A DNA stretch of 64,000 nt from an uncultured SAR86 cluster bacterium (GCA_902579825.1 CACHII010000001.1:76832-140831), one strand, 5' to 3'; numbered from the stretch's first letter, positions 38,101 to 48,803 are shown. The notes: generated by a model from the sequence alone, not told the origin. Numbers and translations are program-made.

Positions 38101-38119
38101 AGGGGCCATAACGGCCCCT
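38101..38119 (+). terminator. GC-rich stem-loop AGGGGCC-ataac-GGCCCCT
   Basis: It is a perfect 7-bp GC-rich stem, read directly, 9 nt after the stop of the 126-aa gene. The trailing T tract is weak (ACTTTC), so it may attenuate rather than terminate before the next gene. Confidence 0.35.
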
Positions 38120-38125
38120 ACTTTC

Positions 38126-38989
38126 ATGATAAAAAACAAAAAAATTAGTCAACTGGTTTGCATTTTTATATATGTTATCTCTTTTTATATATCTTATTTA
38201 ATAACACCAGAATCTATATCTAATATTTGGCTAAAAATAACAATATGGCATATATATGCCACTTTATTAGTATATATAGGTAGCGTGATACTTAAGAATT
38301 CTAGTTTATATGATCCATTTTGGTCAGTTGCACCAGTACCAATTGTTATTTATCTAGCAACACAATATCAGAACTCTACAACTCTAAAAGTCTTAGTATT
38401 AGGTCCAATTTTATTTTGGGCTATAAGATTAACAAGAAATTGGATTATTAGCTGGAAAGGATTTGATCATGAGGATTTTAGATATATAGATCTTAAAAAT
38501 ACAAATAAATTTAAGGCTGAGTTTAATAACTTTTTTGGAATACATTTATTCCCGACTTTAATTGTTAATTTAGGACTTTTTCCAATTCTATATATATTAA
38601 CAAACAATGTTTCAGTAAATATTTTCTTATATTTGGCATCTATATTTACCTTACTTGCTGTAATACTTGAGACTGCAGCAGATGAACAAATGAGAGGATT
38701 TAGAAAAAATCCTTACAATTCAGGTAAAACAATGAAATATAAATTATGGAAGTATTCTAGACACCCAAACTATTTAGGTGAAATTTTATTCTGGTATGGG
38801 ATATTCTTTATGGGAATGTCTAGTGGATTGATGCCCTATTGGACTTTTATATGTCCAACTACAATGTTGGCACTATTTGTATTTGCTTCATGCCCCATGA
38901 TGGATGAACGTAGCTTAAAGAATAGATTAGATTATAAAGAATACATGGATAAAACTTCTATGTTACTTTTGCTACCACCTAAAAATTAG
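38126..38989 (+). CDS. DUF1295 / steroid-5-alpha-reductase-like membrane protein
   Basis: 287 aa and multi-TM, with the C-terminal motif WKYSRHPNYLGEILFWYG typical of the DUF1295/ICMT-like family. Confidence 0.65.
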   Translation: MIKNKKISQLVCIFIYVISFYISYLITPESISNIWLKITIWHIYATLLVYIGSVILKNSSLYDPFWSVAPVPIVIYLATQYQNSTTLKVLVLGPILFWAIRLTRNWIISWKGFDHEDFRYIDLKNTNKFKAEFNNFFGIHLFPTLIVNLGLFPILYILTNNVSVNIFLYLASIFTLLAVILETAADEQMRGFRKNPYNSGKTMKYKLWKYSRHPNYLGEILFWYGIFFMGMSSGLMPYWTFICPTTMLALFVFASCPMMDERSLKNRLDYKEYMDKTSMLLLLPPKN

Positions 38990-40197
38990 TTATTAATAAT
39001 TTTATAAAGTTTTTCCGTTAATAAATTAGACGTTTTATATAATTCTGATGATTTTTGTTGTCTATTGCAAACAAATGCATAGCCAATTTCATTTTTTGCA
39101 TCACCAAATGCTACAGATCCGCCTATACCTGCGTGTCCGAATGCATTTTCCTTAAAAACAGGCGCGAAGGCTACTTTATTATTCTCATTACCCTTTAACA
39201 TAAAACAATATCCAAAATTTAGTTTTGTGCCAAATAAAACTGTATCAGGTCCTGATGAATAAATTTTGGTTGATTTTGCTAAGCTATCTAAATCAAAAAT
39301 TTTAATGCCATCTCTTTCACAGCCCGTTGACAATATTCCAAATAATTTAGCCAAACTTTGTGCAGTTCCATGTCCATTAGCTGCTGGTATTTGTGCAGTT
39401 CGCCAATCTAATGAATTAGGCCCGTCAATATCAAGTCGATCAGATTTAAATGCTTTCTTAAAATCTCCTGATACAAACGTCTCTTTTAAATTATTTAAAT
39501 CCTTATCTAATAAAATATTTGGAACATACTTGATGAATCCTAATTGTGGATTTAGATTATCTAATCTTTTGTATGTAACATCAGCGCATCTACGAATATC
39601 ATCTTCCAAGAGACCAATATGAAAGTCTAAATTAAAAGGTTCTGCTATTTCTTCTTTAAAATAATCACCCGGCTTTCTCCCATCAATTCTTCTAATGATT
39701 TCACCTACTAACCAAGCAAATGTCATTGCATGATATCCTTGAGTTAATCCAGGCTCTCTAAATGGTTTTTGGTTCTCTAGAGCTAATGTAAATTCTTCCC
39801 AATCATTCCATGAGCATTTTGGATAACTATTTTGAAATGCAAACATACCAGCTCTATGCGTAAGAAGATCAATAACTCTCGTATTAGACTTACCATTACA
39901 ACCGTATTCAGGCCAGTAATAATTAACTTTCTTATTTACATCTAATTTATTCTCATAAACTAATTTTGTAATACATACACCTGTTATTGCCTTAGTAACT
40001 GACCAAACATTTACTAATGTATTTTTTCCCCATAAATTATTTTTTGTTTCATCTGTATAGCCTCCATAAAGATTTATAACTTCTTTTCCTTTGTATTCAA
40101 CAGCTAATGAGCAGCCTAGCTCATATCCATTATTAATTTGGTCAGAAAGTATTTGTTTTATTTGTAAAAAACGGTCGTCACAAAAACCTTCGATCAT
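38986..40197 (-). CDS. Beta-lactamase-fold serine hydrolase (family VIII esterase / class C-like)
   Basis: 403 aa with S-x-x-K in WSVTKAITG, Tyr in QGYHAM, and FGHAGIGGS near the C-terminus. It starts 11 nt after the nqrM stop. Confidence 0.75.
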   Translation of the reverse strand: MIEGFCDDRFLQIKQILSDQINNGYELGCSLAVEYKGKEVINLYGGYTDETKNNLWGKNTLVNVWSVTKAITGVCITKLVYENKLDVNKKVNYYWPEYGCNGKSNTRVIDLLTHRAGMFAFQNSYPKCSWNDWEEFTLALENQKPFREPGLTQGYHAMTFAWLVGEIIRRIDGRKPGDYFKEEIAEPFNLDFHIGLLEDDIRRCADVTYKRLDNLNPQLGFIKYVPNILLDKDLNNLKETFVSGDFKKAFKSDRLDIDGPNSLDWRTAQIPAANGHGTAQSLAKLFGILSTGCERDGIKIFDLDSLAKSTKIYSSGPDTVLFGTKLNFGYCFMLKGNENNKVAFAPVFKENAFGHAGIGGSVAFGDAKNEIGYAFVCNRQQKSSELYKTSNLLTEKLYKIINN

Positions 40198-40208
40198 TTA
40201 AATGATTA

Positions 40209-40385
40209 TTATTCTGAGCAAGATGTTGGATCAGTTCTACCACAGATTTCACACTTAGAACCATCTTGAAGATTTGCCATACCACCGCATGAACCTTTGA
40301 TAGGCTGATTTCTTAAGATTAATCCAATGGAAAGACCTGCAAAAGCTAAGCCAATTATTAGAAATGCTATGATTAATTCACTCAT
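40209..40385 (-). CDS. nqrM: (Na+)-NQR maturation protein NqrM (DUF539)
   Basis: It is not in the ORF track (58 aa). Hand translation gives MSELIIAFLIIGLAFAGLSIGLILRNQPIKGSCGGMANLQDGSKCEICGRTDPTSCSE: one TM helix followed by a Cys-rich tail (GSCGG, CxxC, C). The ATG overlaps the apbE TGA (ATGA). The position after apbE is the known location of nqrM. Confidence 0.8.
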   Translation of the reverse strand: MSELIIAFLIIGLAFAGLSIGLILRNQPIKGSCGGMANLQDGSKCEICGRTDPTSCSE

Positions 40386-41371
40386 ATATTTAGATCATAC
40401 CATTTATCTGAATATAAATTTTTTACATCATCTCCAACAATAATCATAACCATTAAGGCTATATTATTTTCATTGGCGATTCGAATTGCGTTATCATAAC
40501 CCATTGCATTAAATGAGGTTGCATAGGCATCGGCATAAGTTGATGAATATTCATGAACCACAGTTACAGATAAAATATTATTATCTATTGATTTTAAGGT
40601 CTTTGGGTTAATAGTATGAGATACCTTATTACCATTAGCATCTAGCTTATAGTTTCTATATTCTCCTGATGTTGCAATTGCTATAAATTTACCATCTATA
40701 TTTTGAATAATATAATTAGATTTATTATTAAAAGAATAAGGATCTTGTATTCCTACTGACCAAGGTTTACCTTTATTATAGCCATTAATAATTATTTCAC
40801 CACCAATGTCAATTAAATGATTATTTAAATTATTCTGCAACAGATATTCATGAATTTCTTGAACAGCATAGCCTTTTGCTATAGATGATAAGTCAAACCA
40901 GTTATTGTTGTTTCTAATTAAAGAGTTATTTTTTTCGTTTAAATCGAAGGTAGAAGTCTCTTTTTGAATTAAGTTTTGATTAAAAGTAGGTGAAAATCCA
41001 AGATTACTGGATATTTTACCTAACATTATATTGTAAAAACCCTCTGACTTAAGTTCGACATCTTTTGCTATCATTAAAATTTTGAACAAATCATCTGAAA
41101 TAAACTGATATTCTTTAAAATTCTTATTTATTAATGCTATCTCTGAATCTTCTTTATAATTGGATGCCACATAATCTATTTTATTAATGATAAATTCTAT
41201 TTTCTCTTTATGATGATCGCCTATATATTCACTTGATGATATTGACCAAGATGTACCATAAGCTTTACCACTAATTACATATAAAGAATTAAAATTATGA
41301 GCATAAGCTACTATTACTAAAACAATGCCTGCTATTAAGGCTATGATTTTTGAAATAAAAAATCTAGTCAC
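40382..41371 (-). CDS. apbE: FAD:protein FMN transferase ApbE
   Basis: 329 aa with an N-terminal anchor. The ApbE family pattern includes DLSSIAKGYAVQEI, and the gene lies immediately downstream of nqrF. Confidence 0.88.
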   Translation of the reverse strand: MTRFFISKIIALIAGIVLVIVAYAHNFNSLYVISGKAYGTSWSISSSEYIGDHHKEKIEFIINKIDYVASNYKEDSEIALINKNFKEYQFISDDLFKILMIAKDVELKSEGFYNIMLGKISSNLGFSPTFNQNLIQKETSTFDLNEKNNSLIRNNNNWFDLSSIAKGYAVQEIHEYLLQNNLNNHLIDIGGEIIINGYNKGKPWSVGIQDPYSFNNKSNYIIQNIDGKFIAIATSGEYRNYKLDANGNKVSHTINPKTLKSIDNNILSVTVVHEYSSTYADAYATSFNAMGYDNAIRIANENNIALMVMIIVGDDVKNLYSDKWYDLNI

Positions 41372-41382
41372 TATAATTTAGA

Positions 41383-42609
41383 CTATCCACCAAAGTCATC
41401 AAGAGCAATATTTTCCGGCTCTACACCTAAATTCAATAACATATCAATAACTGCTTTATTCATCATTGGAGGTCCGCACATATAATACTCGCAATCCTCA
41501 GGAGCTTCATGTGATTTTAAATAATTTTCATATAAAACATTATGAATAAATCCTGTATCGCCATTCCAATCATCTTCTGGTAATGGATCTGAGAGAGCTA
41601 CATGCCATTCAAAATTTTCATATTTCTCAGCTAATTTATTAAAGTCATCCACATAGAACATTTCCTTTAAACTTCTTGCGCCATACCAAAAAGTTATCTT
41701 TCTATTCGTATTTATCCTAAGTAATTGATCAAATATATGGGATCGCATTGGGGCCATACCTGCGCCACCACCTACAAATACCATCTCAGCTTCAGTTTCT
41801 TTAGCGAAGAACTCACCAAAAGGACCAAAAACTTTAACCTTATCACCAGGCTTAAGACCAAATGTCCATGATGACATTAATCCTGGAGGAACATCTTGTC
41901 CCGGAGGTGGAGAAGCAATTCGTATATTGAACTTAATAACTCCTTTTTCTTCTGGATAATTTGCCATTGAATAAGCCCTTATCACTGGTTCGTAGGTAAT
42001 TGACCTGTTATCCCAAATTTTAAATCTATCCCAATCTTCATGATACTCTTTATCTATATCAAAATCTCTATAGTCAATCTCATATGCGGGTGCTTCAAGT
42101 TGTACATAACCACCTGCCCTAAAATCAACATTCTCTCCTTCAGGAAGCTTTAAGACCAGTTCTTTAATGAATGTTGCAACATTATCATTAGAAATAACTT
42201 CGCATTCCCATTCTTTAACACCAAATACATCATCAGGAACGTTAATTTTTAAATTATTCTTTACTGGGACTTGACATGAAAGTCTCCAACCTTGCTTTTG
42301 TTCCGTAGAATTAAAGTGTGTTTCCTCGGCTGCTAATATTGAACCTCCGCCTTCTACAACTTGGCACTTACACTGACTGCATGTTCCGCCTCCACCACAT
42401 GCAGAAGCTAAAAAGATATTATTATCCGCTAACGTTTGTAAAAGTTTTGAACCAGCAGGTACAGTGATTAGATTACCGCTATCACCATTAATTTCAATTG
42501 TTACGTTACCAGTAGAAACTAACTTTGATCTTGCAAGAACTATGACCAAAACTAGAAGTAATATTATTCCACTAAACGAAACAACACCCAGAATTAAATC
42601 AATACTCAT
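41383..42609 (-). CDS. nqrF: Na+-translocating NADH:quinone reductase subunit F
   Basis: It has the 2Fe-2S motif [12 protein letters not shown], the FAD motif RAYSMAN and the NAD motif [11 protein letters not shown] place the start at MSIDLILG (42609), 1 nt after the nqrE stop, which gives 408 aa. The ORF-track start at 42645 lies inside nqrE. Confidence 0.93.
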   Translation of the reverse strand: MSIDLILGVVSFSGIILLLVLVIVLARSKLVSTGNVTIEINGDSGNLITVPAGSKLLQTLADNNIFLASACGGGGTCSQCKCQVVEGGGSILAAEETHFNSTEQKQGWRLSCQVPVKNNLKINVPDDVFGVKEWECEVISNDNVATFIKELVLKLPEGENVDFRAGGYVQLEAPAYEIDYRDFDIDKEYHEDWDRFKIWDNRSITYEPVIRAYSMANYPEEKGVIKFNIRIASPPPGQDVPPGLMSSWTFGLKPGDKVKVFGPFGEFFAKETEAEMVFVGGGAGMAPMRSHIFDQLLRINTNRKITFWYGARSLKEMFYVDDFNKLAEKYENFEWHVALSDPLPEDDWNGDTGFIHNVLYENYLKSHEAPEDCEYYMCGPPMMNKAVIDMLLNLGVEPENIALDDFGG

Positions 42610-42610
42610 T

Positions 42611-43222
42611 TTAAAGTGATATTCCTCCAAATGACATAAAGCCAAAACTCATTAACCCAACAATAATAAATGTTGTACCTAATCCTTTTAATCCTTCCGG
42701 GATATCAGAGTATTTTAATTTTTCTCTTATTCCAGCTAAAACAACTATTGCTAAAGCCCAGCCAAAGCCAGCACCAAAGCCATAGACAACACTTTCACCA
42801 AACATAAGATCTTTTTCAACCATAAATAAAGAAGCGCCTAATATTGCACAATTAACAGTTATTAAAGGCAAAAATTGTCCTAAAGCATTATACAAAGCAG
42901 GCACATATTTATCTAAAAACATTTCTAGTATTTGTACACTTGCAGCTATAACACCTATATAACTTATTAACTCAACAAATTCTAAATTAGTTCCTTCAAG
43001 CCCTGCCCAAGAAAGAGCGTCTTCCCTTAATATATAGTTATAAATTAAATTATTTAAAGGGACAGTTATTAGACAAACAACAATAACTGCTATACCTAAA
43101 CCAAAAGCAGCATCAATTTTTTTTGAAATAGCAATAAATGTACACATGCCTAAAAATAATGACAAAGCAATATTTTCAATAAATACTGTTGTTATAAAAA
43201 TATTTAGATATTGTTCAAACAT
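42611..43222 (-). CDS. nqrE: Na+-translocating NADH:quinone reductase subunit E
   Basis: 203 aa, polytopic and NqrE/RnfA-like, sitting in the operon between nqrD and nqrF. Confidence 0.92.
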   Translation of the reverse strand: MFEQYLNIFITTVFIENIALSLFLGMCTFIAISKKIDAAFGLGIAVIVVCLITVPLNNLIYNYILREDALSWAGLEGTNLEFVELISYIGVIAASVQILEMFLDKYVPALYNALGQFLPLITVNCAILGASLFMVEKDLMFGESVVYGFGAGFGWALAIVVLAGIREKLKYSDIPEGLKGLGTTFIIVGLMSFGFMSFGGISL

Positions 43223-43886
43223 TTATATCTCGCTTTATTAAATTTGGAGCTGTTGAATGTGTAGAAACTTCAAAATCATCCTTTTCAAGTTGAGCAGGTT
43301 TAAATGATCTTATTAGCCAAATAAAGAGACCAATAATAATAAACGAGCTTGGTGGTAGTAATAATAAATTATTACCCATATACCATTCTGGCATTACATC
43401 ATTACCAAATAATGTGCCAGCTCCAAAAAGTTCTCTTATAAAAGCTACTCCAATTAAAATTATGCTGTAACCTATTCCATTTCCAAGACCATCTAAAAAA
43501 CTTAATAATGGTTTCTCTTTCATAGCAAAAGCTTCGGCCCTTCCCATAACAATACAATTAGTTATTATTAATCCTACAAATACTGATAATCTTTTACTTG
43601 TTTCATAATCATATGCTTTTAATAATTCATCGACGACAATTACAAGAGATGCAATTATAGTCATCTGAACTATTATTCTTATGCTTGACGGAATATAGTT
43701 TCTAATAAGTGATATAAATAAATTTGAAAATGAAATTACACTTATTACTGCAACGCACATTACTAATGTTACACTTAAATTATTAGTGACAGCTAAAGCA
43801 GAACAAATACCGAGTATTTGGAGTGTAATTGGATTCTCATCAATAAGAGGCTTTAAAATGACCTCTTGATATCTTTTAAGATTCAT
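43215..43886 (-). CDS. nqrD: Na+-translocating NADH:quinone reductase subunit D
   Basis: 223 aa. [21 protein letters not shown] matches the conserved NqrD N-terminus. Confidence 0.92.
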   Translation of the reverse strand: MNLKRYQEVILKPLIDENPITLQILGICSALAVTNNLSVTLVMCVAVISVISFSNLFISLIRNYIPSSIRIIVQMTIIASLVIVVDELLKAYDYETSKRLSVFVGLIITNCIVMGRAEAFAMKEKPLLSFLDGLGNGIGYSIILIGVAFIRELFGAGTLFGNDVMPEWYMGNNLLLLPPSSFIIIGLFIWLIRSFKPAQLEKDDFEVSTHSTAPNLIKRDINV

Positions 43887-44652
43887 AGTCTAGCTCCGCA
43901 AATAATTTTGCATACCCTGAATTACCAAACCAATAAGTGATCATATTAGATACACCTCTACCAGTAATAGTTGCACCTGATAGACCATCTACTTTATAGG
44001 ATTTAGATGGATCATCATTGGATACTTTTCCCTTAATTACAGTCAAAGCTACTTGATTATCCTCATATATTTTTTTTCCAATCCAGGATTTTCTCCAATC
44101 TATATTATCTACTTCAGCACCCAATCCTGGTGTTTCTTTGTGTTCATAATAAGTTATGCCTGATACCGTATTAAAATCGCCATCTATGGCTATATATCCA
44201 AATAAAGTTCCCCATAAACCATATCCCCTAATAGGTAAAATTAGCTTATCGATATTACCAACATCATTTCGCAGGATAAATATCTTTCCTACATTTTCTC
44301 TGTTTTTAATAATTGCTATATCCTCTGAAGAAGGTACCGGTTTAGATAATGTAGAATCTTTTAGGGACATTAATTGGTCGTATTCATCAATATTAAAATT
44401 TTTATACTCATCCATTAATATACCTGTATCAAAGTCAATAAACTTTTGTTCCAGTTTTTTAAATGCCTCAGCAATAGTTTGGTCACGTTCTACTTTTATA
44501 TCTGCAACTTCAAGAATCTTTACTCTTCTATCATTTAGTTTATTCTCTTTTTGCTGATCCCTTAAACCTACAGCAGATGTAGACACAATTAGTGAGCAAA
44601 TAAGGCAAACACCAAATGCAACACCTATCGTTTTAAATACTGACTCATTCAT
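43876..44652 (-). CDS. nqrC: Na+-translocating NADH:quinone reductase subunit C
   Basis: The FMN attachment motif is [13 protein letters not shown] place the start at MNESVFK (44652), which overlaps the nqrB end by 8 nt and gives 258 aa. The ORF-track start at 44703 lies inside nqrB. Confidence 0.9.
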   Translation of the reverse strand: MNESVFKTIGVAFGVCLICSLIVSTSAVGLRDQQKENKLNDRRVKILEVADIKVERDQTIAEAFKKLEQKFIDFDTGILMDEYKNFNIDEYDQLMSLKDSTLSKPVPSSEDIAIIKNRENVGKIFILRNDVGNIDKLILPIRGYGLWGTLFGYIAIDGDFNTVSGITYYEHKETPGLGAEVDNIDWRKSWIGKKIYEDNQVALTVIKGKVSNDDPSKSYKVDGLSGATITGRGVSNMITYWFGNSGYAKLFAELDYES

Positions 44653-45874
44653 TGAAAAGAGCCTTACGTTTTTTAATGTTTGACATAACAACCATATGAT
44701 CAATAACTGGGGCTAAAAGGTTTGCAAATAGTATAGCTAACATCATGCCCTCTGGAAATGCTGGATTTATAACTCTAATGAGTATCACAGTAACACCAAT
44801 AACAATTCCATAAATCCATCTTCCTTTATTAGTTCCTGAACCAGAAACAGGTTCAGTGGCCATAAAAACTAGACCAAAAGCAAAACTTCCAATTACGGCA
44901 TGCCAATACCATGGAATATAGAACATGGGGTTTGAATCTGAGCCAACAAAGTTTAGAACGGATGACATTAAAATCATTCCCACAAAAGTACCAAGGACAA
45001 TTCTGTATGATGCAACTTTTGTTGCAAGTAAAATAATCAATCCAATTAGAATTGCAATTATTGATGTCTCACCAACTGAGCCGGGAATATTTCCAAAAAA
45101 GGCATCCATCCAAGTGAAAGAATTTGTTATTCCAGGAAGACCATTTTCAGCTGCCATTCCTAAAGCTGTAGCTCCTGTATATCCTTCAGGAATAATGTTG
45201 AAATCAGATATACCTGCAATCCATACTTTGTCGCCAGATATTTGTGCTGGATAAGCAAAATATAAAAATGCTCTACCAGTTAGAGCTGGATTTAAAAAGT
45301 TCTTACCAGTACCACCAAATATTTCTTTTCCAATGACTAATCCAAAAGAAATACCCATAGCTGCTTGCCACAAAGGTATATCAGGAGGACAACTTAAGGA
45401 AAAAAGTACTGTAGATACAAAAGCACCTTCATTAATTTCATGTTTTCTTACAATTGCAAATAATGCTTCCCAAGCAATTCCAACTGCAAAGACAACAAAA
45501 TATATTGGTAAAAAATAACAAGCACCAAACCATAATTTACTAAAAAAACTATCAGAATCATAACCAACTATATTTACAAAATAATGATGCCAATCTCCTG
45601 TGTTTTGCTGATTGATTGAATCTAAATATTCTAAAGAATGAGAACCTAAATTATACATACCAAAAAACATAGCTGGAAATGTTGCTAACCAGACTGTAAC
45701 CATAACTTTTTGAATGTCTACAGCATCTCTAACATGTATAGGGTTTTTAGTTTTTTTACCATATGAAAAGAATAAATTTTCAAAGGCATCAAACAATGGA
45801 AACCATTTATTGTATTTACCATCATTGATAAAATTTGGTTTTACATTATTTAAGTAATGTCTTAGACCTTTCAT
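44645..45874 (-). CDS. nqrB: Na+-translocating NADH:quinone reductase subunit B
   Basis: 409 aa and polytopic, with the FMN attachment motif EGYTGATALG. Confidence 0.93.
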   Translation of the reverse strand: MKGLRHYLNNVKPNFINDGKYNKWFPLFDAFENLFFSYGKKTKNPIHVRDAVDIQKVMVTVWLATFPAMFFGMYNLGSHSLEYLDSINQQNTGDWHHYFVNIVGYDSDSFFSKLWFGACYFLPIYFVVFAVGIAWEALFAIVRKHEINEGAFVSTVLFSLSCPPDIPLWQAAMGISFGLVIGKEIFGGTGKNFLNPALTGRAFLYFAYPAQISGDKVWIAGISDFNIIPEGYTGATALGMAAENGLPGITNSFTWMDAFFGNIPGSVGETSIIAILIGLIILLATKVASYRIVLGTFVGMILMSSVLNFVGSDSNPMFYIPWYWHAVIGSFAFGLVFMATEPVSGSGTNKGRWIYGIVIGVTVILIRVINPAFPEGMMLAILFANLLAPVIDHMVVMSNIKKRKALFNE

Positions 45875-47187
45875 TGTTCTAAATAAAGTTTATTTAAATT
45901 ATCCATAAGTAATGAAGAATAATCATATTTACTCGGGCATACATAGGAACATAAAGATAAATCCTCAGGTGCTAACTCTAGCATTCCTAAATCAATTGCC
46001 ATTTCAATATCTGATACAACTAATGATTTTAATAACTGTGTAACAAGTATGTTCATTGGAACAACTTCTTCGTAAGATGATATTGGAACAATAGCTCTGT
46101 TTCCGCCACTAATTGATGTATTAAATATATATTTTTTAGGTTTTATAAATGATGACATGAAAACATTCAGCTTTGAATGAAGTGAAGATCCAGGCATTAA
46201 CCAATTTAAAAAAATCTCATTGACTTTATCAGGTATTACAGAAACTTGAGAATCATAAAATCCTAGGTAATTCATAACTCCATCTGATTCATGTCCTTGC
46301 AGAACAGATCCAGAAATTACTCTAGCATTATCTTCTATTTTTCCGGCAGTAATTTCATCTAAATTTGATCCGTATCTGACTTTCAAAAGAGATGGTTCAA
46401 ACACTGCAGGACCTCCAATACTTATATTTTTATGAGTTCTAATTCTTTTATTTATTTTAAGATATCCTATCGAAATAACATCCTGAAAACTTAATGTCCA
46501 TACATTTGAATTTATATTAACTGGGTGAATTTTTGATATATGTGTTCCAACAAGTCCAGCTGGATGAGGCCCAACAAACTGATGATAGTTAACTCTTTTT
46601 AGGGATCTATCAAATTCATTGTTTTGATATGTTATATGAATATCACAGTCAAATAAATCTGCTAATACATTGATACCTTCATCAAAATAATTTTTATCTA
46701 AATTAATTATTTCATAGGGATCAGCTGATAAAGGATTAGTATCACAACAATTTATAAACAAAGCTTCTGGTATAGACTTTATATTAGGAGTCCTATTAAA
46801 TGGTCTTGTTTTGAAGCCATTCCAAAGACCTGATTCAATGAAAGAATTTTTAACTTCTTCAGCAGAAGATCCTATATTAAAGTTAATAAATTCTTCATTG
46901 CTAGAAATTTCAATTTCAATTGATAAAAATTTTCTTTTGTCACCCCTATTTATCGATTTAACAATACCTCCGGCCGGGGACGTAAAAAAAACACCAGGAT
47001 TCTTTTTATCTTCAAATAGTTTTTGTCCAGCCTTAACAAAGTCGTTTTCTTTTACAAGCATTGTAGGCTTCATTCCAACAAAATCATTGCCCAATAAAGA
47101 AACGGATGAAATCTTTGGTTCATCAGTAACTAACATAGAGGGTTTGCCTGATATGGGCAAATCAAGACCTTTTGATATTTTTATCAC
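45871..47187 (-). CDS. nqrA: Na+-translocating NADH:quinone reductase subunit A
   Basis: 438 aa. MIKISKGLDLPISGKP parallels the Vibrio NqrA start (MITIKKGLDLPIAG). Confidence 0.93.
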   Translation of the reverse strand: MIKISKGLDLPISGKPSMLVTDEPKISSVSLLGNDFVGMKPTMLVKENDFVKAGQKLFEDKKNPGVFFTSPAGGIVKSINRGDKRKFLSIEIEISSNEEFINFNIGSSAEEVKNSFIESGLWNGFKTRPFNRTPNIKSIPEALFINCCDTNPLSADPYEIINLDKNYFDEGINVLADLFDCDIHITYQNNEFDRSLKRVNYHQFVGPHPAGLVGTHISKIHPVNINSNVWTLSFQDVISIGYLKINKRIRTHKNISIGGPAVFEPSLLKVRYGSNLDEITAGKIEDNARVISGSVLQGHESDGVMNYLGFYDSQVSVIPDKVNEIFLNWLMPGSSLHSKLNVFMSSFIKPKKYIFNTSISGGNRAIVPISSYEEVVPMNILVTQLLKSLVVSDIEMAIDLGMLELAPEDLSLCSYVCPSKYDYSSLLMDNLNKLYLEQ

Positions 47188-47232
47188 AATATGTGTGCCT
47201 TAGTTGATATTGAATCTGTTAAAAACAATAGA

Positions 47233-47261
47233 ATTATAAGGCTAAAATCAGTCTGATTCTA
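47233..47261 (-). promoter_or_regulatory. Possible nqr operon promoter
   Basis: On the minus strand there is a perfect TATAAT (47238..47233), a 17-nt spacer, and a weak -35 TAGAAT (47261..47256) that overlaps the gap stop codon. This is sequence-only evidence. Confidence 0.25.
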
Positions 47262-48767
47262 GGATTTATTGACTGGATTTGGTAATCTTTGAAGTTCAAT
47301 TTTTGCTACTTTTTTGGTAAGACCAATGACTTGTTTAGAGTATCCATATTCATTGTCATACCAACAATACAAAGTGACTCTATTTTTACTAGCAATTGTT
47401 GCTTGAGAGTCAATAACTGAGGCAAATGGACTAGAATAAAAATCTGTAGATACAATTTCAGATGAGTTAACAAAACCAATTATTTCTCTGTATTGAGAAT
47501 GAAAAGCGATAGATTTTAAATATTTATTAATCTCGTTAATAGTTACTTCTTTTTCAAGAGCTAAAGATAATATTGCTAAACTTACATTTGGAGTTGGAAC
47601 TCTTATAGCGTTTCCTGTTAGTTTTCCTTCTAATTCTGGTAATGCTTTTGCAACTGCCTTTACAGCACCTGTTGTAGTAATGACCATATTTAAAGGAGCG
47701 CCACGACCTCTTCTATCGCCTTTATGAAAATTATCTATTAAATTTTGATCATTTGTATATGCATGCACAGTTTCAATGTGACCGCCTCTGATTTTATATT
47801 CATCGTTAACAGCTTTTAAAATGGGAACTATTGCATTTGTAGTACATGATGCAGCTGAAATTATGGAATCATTATCAGTAAGAATGTCATCATTTATTCC
47901 ATAAACTATATTTTTAAGATCTCCTTTTGCTGGCGCTGTTAGTATTACTTTGGATGCTCCAGATTTAATATGTTTTGACAAACCTTTTTTATCTCTCCAG
48001 ACACCTGTATTATCAATAACTACAGGATTTAGAATTTCATAATCTTCATAGTTAACCTCATCTGGATTTGATGCATATATGACTTTTACTGGATTTCCAT
48101 TTATTACAAGTGTTGAATTTTCTTCATCAACTCTAACAGTGCCATCAAATGGCCCATGAACAGAATCTCTCATTAGTAAGCTAGCCCTTTTAAAAATATC
48201 ATCTTCAGTTGCCTTTCTAATAACAATAGCCTTTAATATAAAATAATTGCCTGGACCAGTGGTTTGAGTCATCATTCGTGCTACGAGTCTGCCAATTCTT
48301 CCAAATCCATACAAGACAATGTTAGTTGGAAGTTCAGGCCTTATAGAGTCCTTATTTATAACAGATTCCAGTTCAGTATCGATATAATCAGAAATTAGTG
48401 ATGCATTATTTTTAATATCTTCAAAAAAAGGACATCGCACAGCAATTTCTCCTATGTCTATTTCGCAATCCTGAAGCTTTAAAGTACTAATATATTCAAG
48501 AATAGGATAGGTTTCGAGTTCGCTTAATTCATTATTATCAGTCTGTCTTGCAAACCTATGAGCTTTCATTATTGCAACCGGTGATTCATTAACTAATGAT
48601 TTGCCATAAATCATTATATTTATACCATTTCTGTAAAGCGAGCCAATTAATGGAACCATTAATTCAGCTAAAGCCTCTCTCCATTTCCAATCACCAAATG
48701 AATCCTCAGGCAAAATTCTTTTTTGCCTTTCAGTCGATTGAAAATTTAGATCTCTGTTATCCCCCAT
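47259..48767 (-). CDS. gap: Glyceraldehyde-3-phosphate dehydrogenase, long form with an N-terminal extension of about 150 aa
   Basis: 502 aa. The Rossmann motif YGFGRIGRL begins near residue 153, and the catalytic motif is AASCTTNAIVP. The position between nqr and mfd resembles the pseudomonad gap-mfd neighbourhood as I recall it. Confidence 0.85.
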   Translation of the reverse strand: MGDNRDLNFQSTERQKRILPEDSFGDWKWREALAELMVPLIGSLYRNGINIMIYGKSLVNESPVAIMKAHRFARQTDNNELSELETYPILEYISTLKLQDCEIDIGEIAVRCPFFEDIKNNASLISDYIDTELESVINKDSIRPELPTNIVLYGFGRIGRLVARMMTQTTGPGNYFILKAIVIRKATEDDIFKRASLLMRDSVHGPFDGTVRVDEENSTLVINGNPVKVIYASNPDEVNYEDYEILNPVVIDNTGVWRDKKGLSKHIKSGASKVILTAPAKGDLKNIVYGINDDILTDNDSIISAASCTTNAIVPILKAVNDEYKIRGGHIETVHAYTNDQNLIDNFHKGDRRGRGAPLNMVITTTGAVKAVAKALPELEGKLTGNAIRVPTPNVSLAILSLALEKEVTINEINKYLKSIAFHSQYREIIGFVNSSEIVSTDFYSSPFASVIDSQATIASKNRVTLYCWYDNEYGYSKQVIGLTKKVAKIELQRLPNPVNKS

Positions 48768-48803
48768 GATCAGATTATAAATGTTTTTTATTAATCAATA
48801 TAA

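Noticed and set aside
42610-42645. The ORF track gives NqrF a 12-codon N-terminal extension ([12 protein letters not shown]).
   Set aside because: The extension lies inside nqrE. The Met at 42609 sits 1 nt after the nqrE stop and gives the canonical length of about 408 aa with the expected N-terminal TM helix.
44653-44703. The ORF track gives NqrC a 17-codon N-terminal extension (MIIWLLCQTLKNVRLFS).
   Set aside because: It lies inside nqrB. The [13 protein letters not shown] start gives about 258 aa, like Vibrio NqrC.
44156-47203. Plus-strand ORFs (133, 109, 61 and 130 aa) overlap nqrC, nqrB and nqrA.
   Set aside because: They are antisense to a highly conserved operon. Their sequences are the Ser/Pro/Ile-rich mirror of membrane-protein codons and show no start context or motifs.
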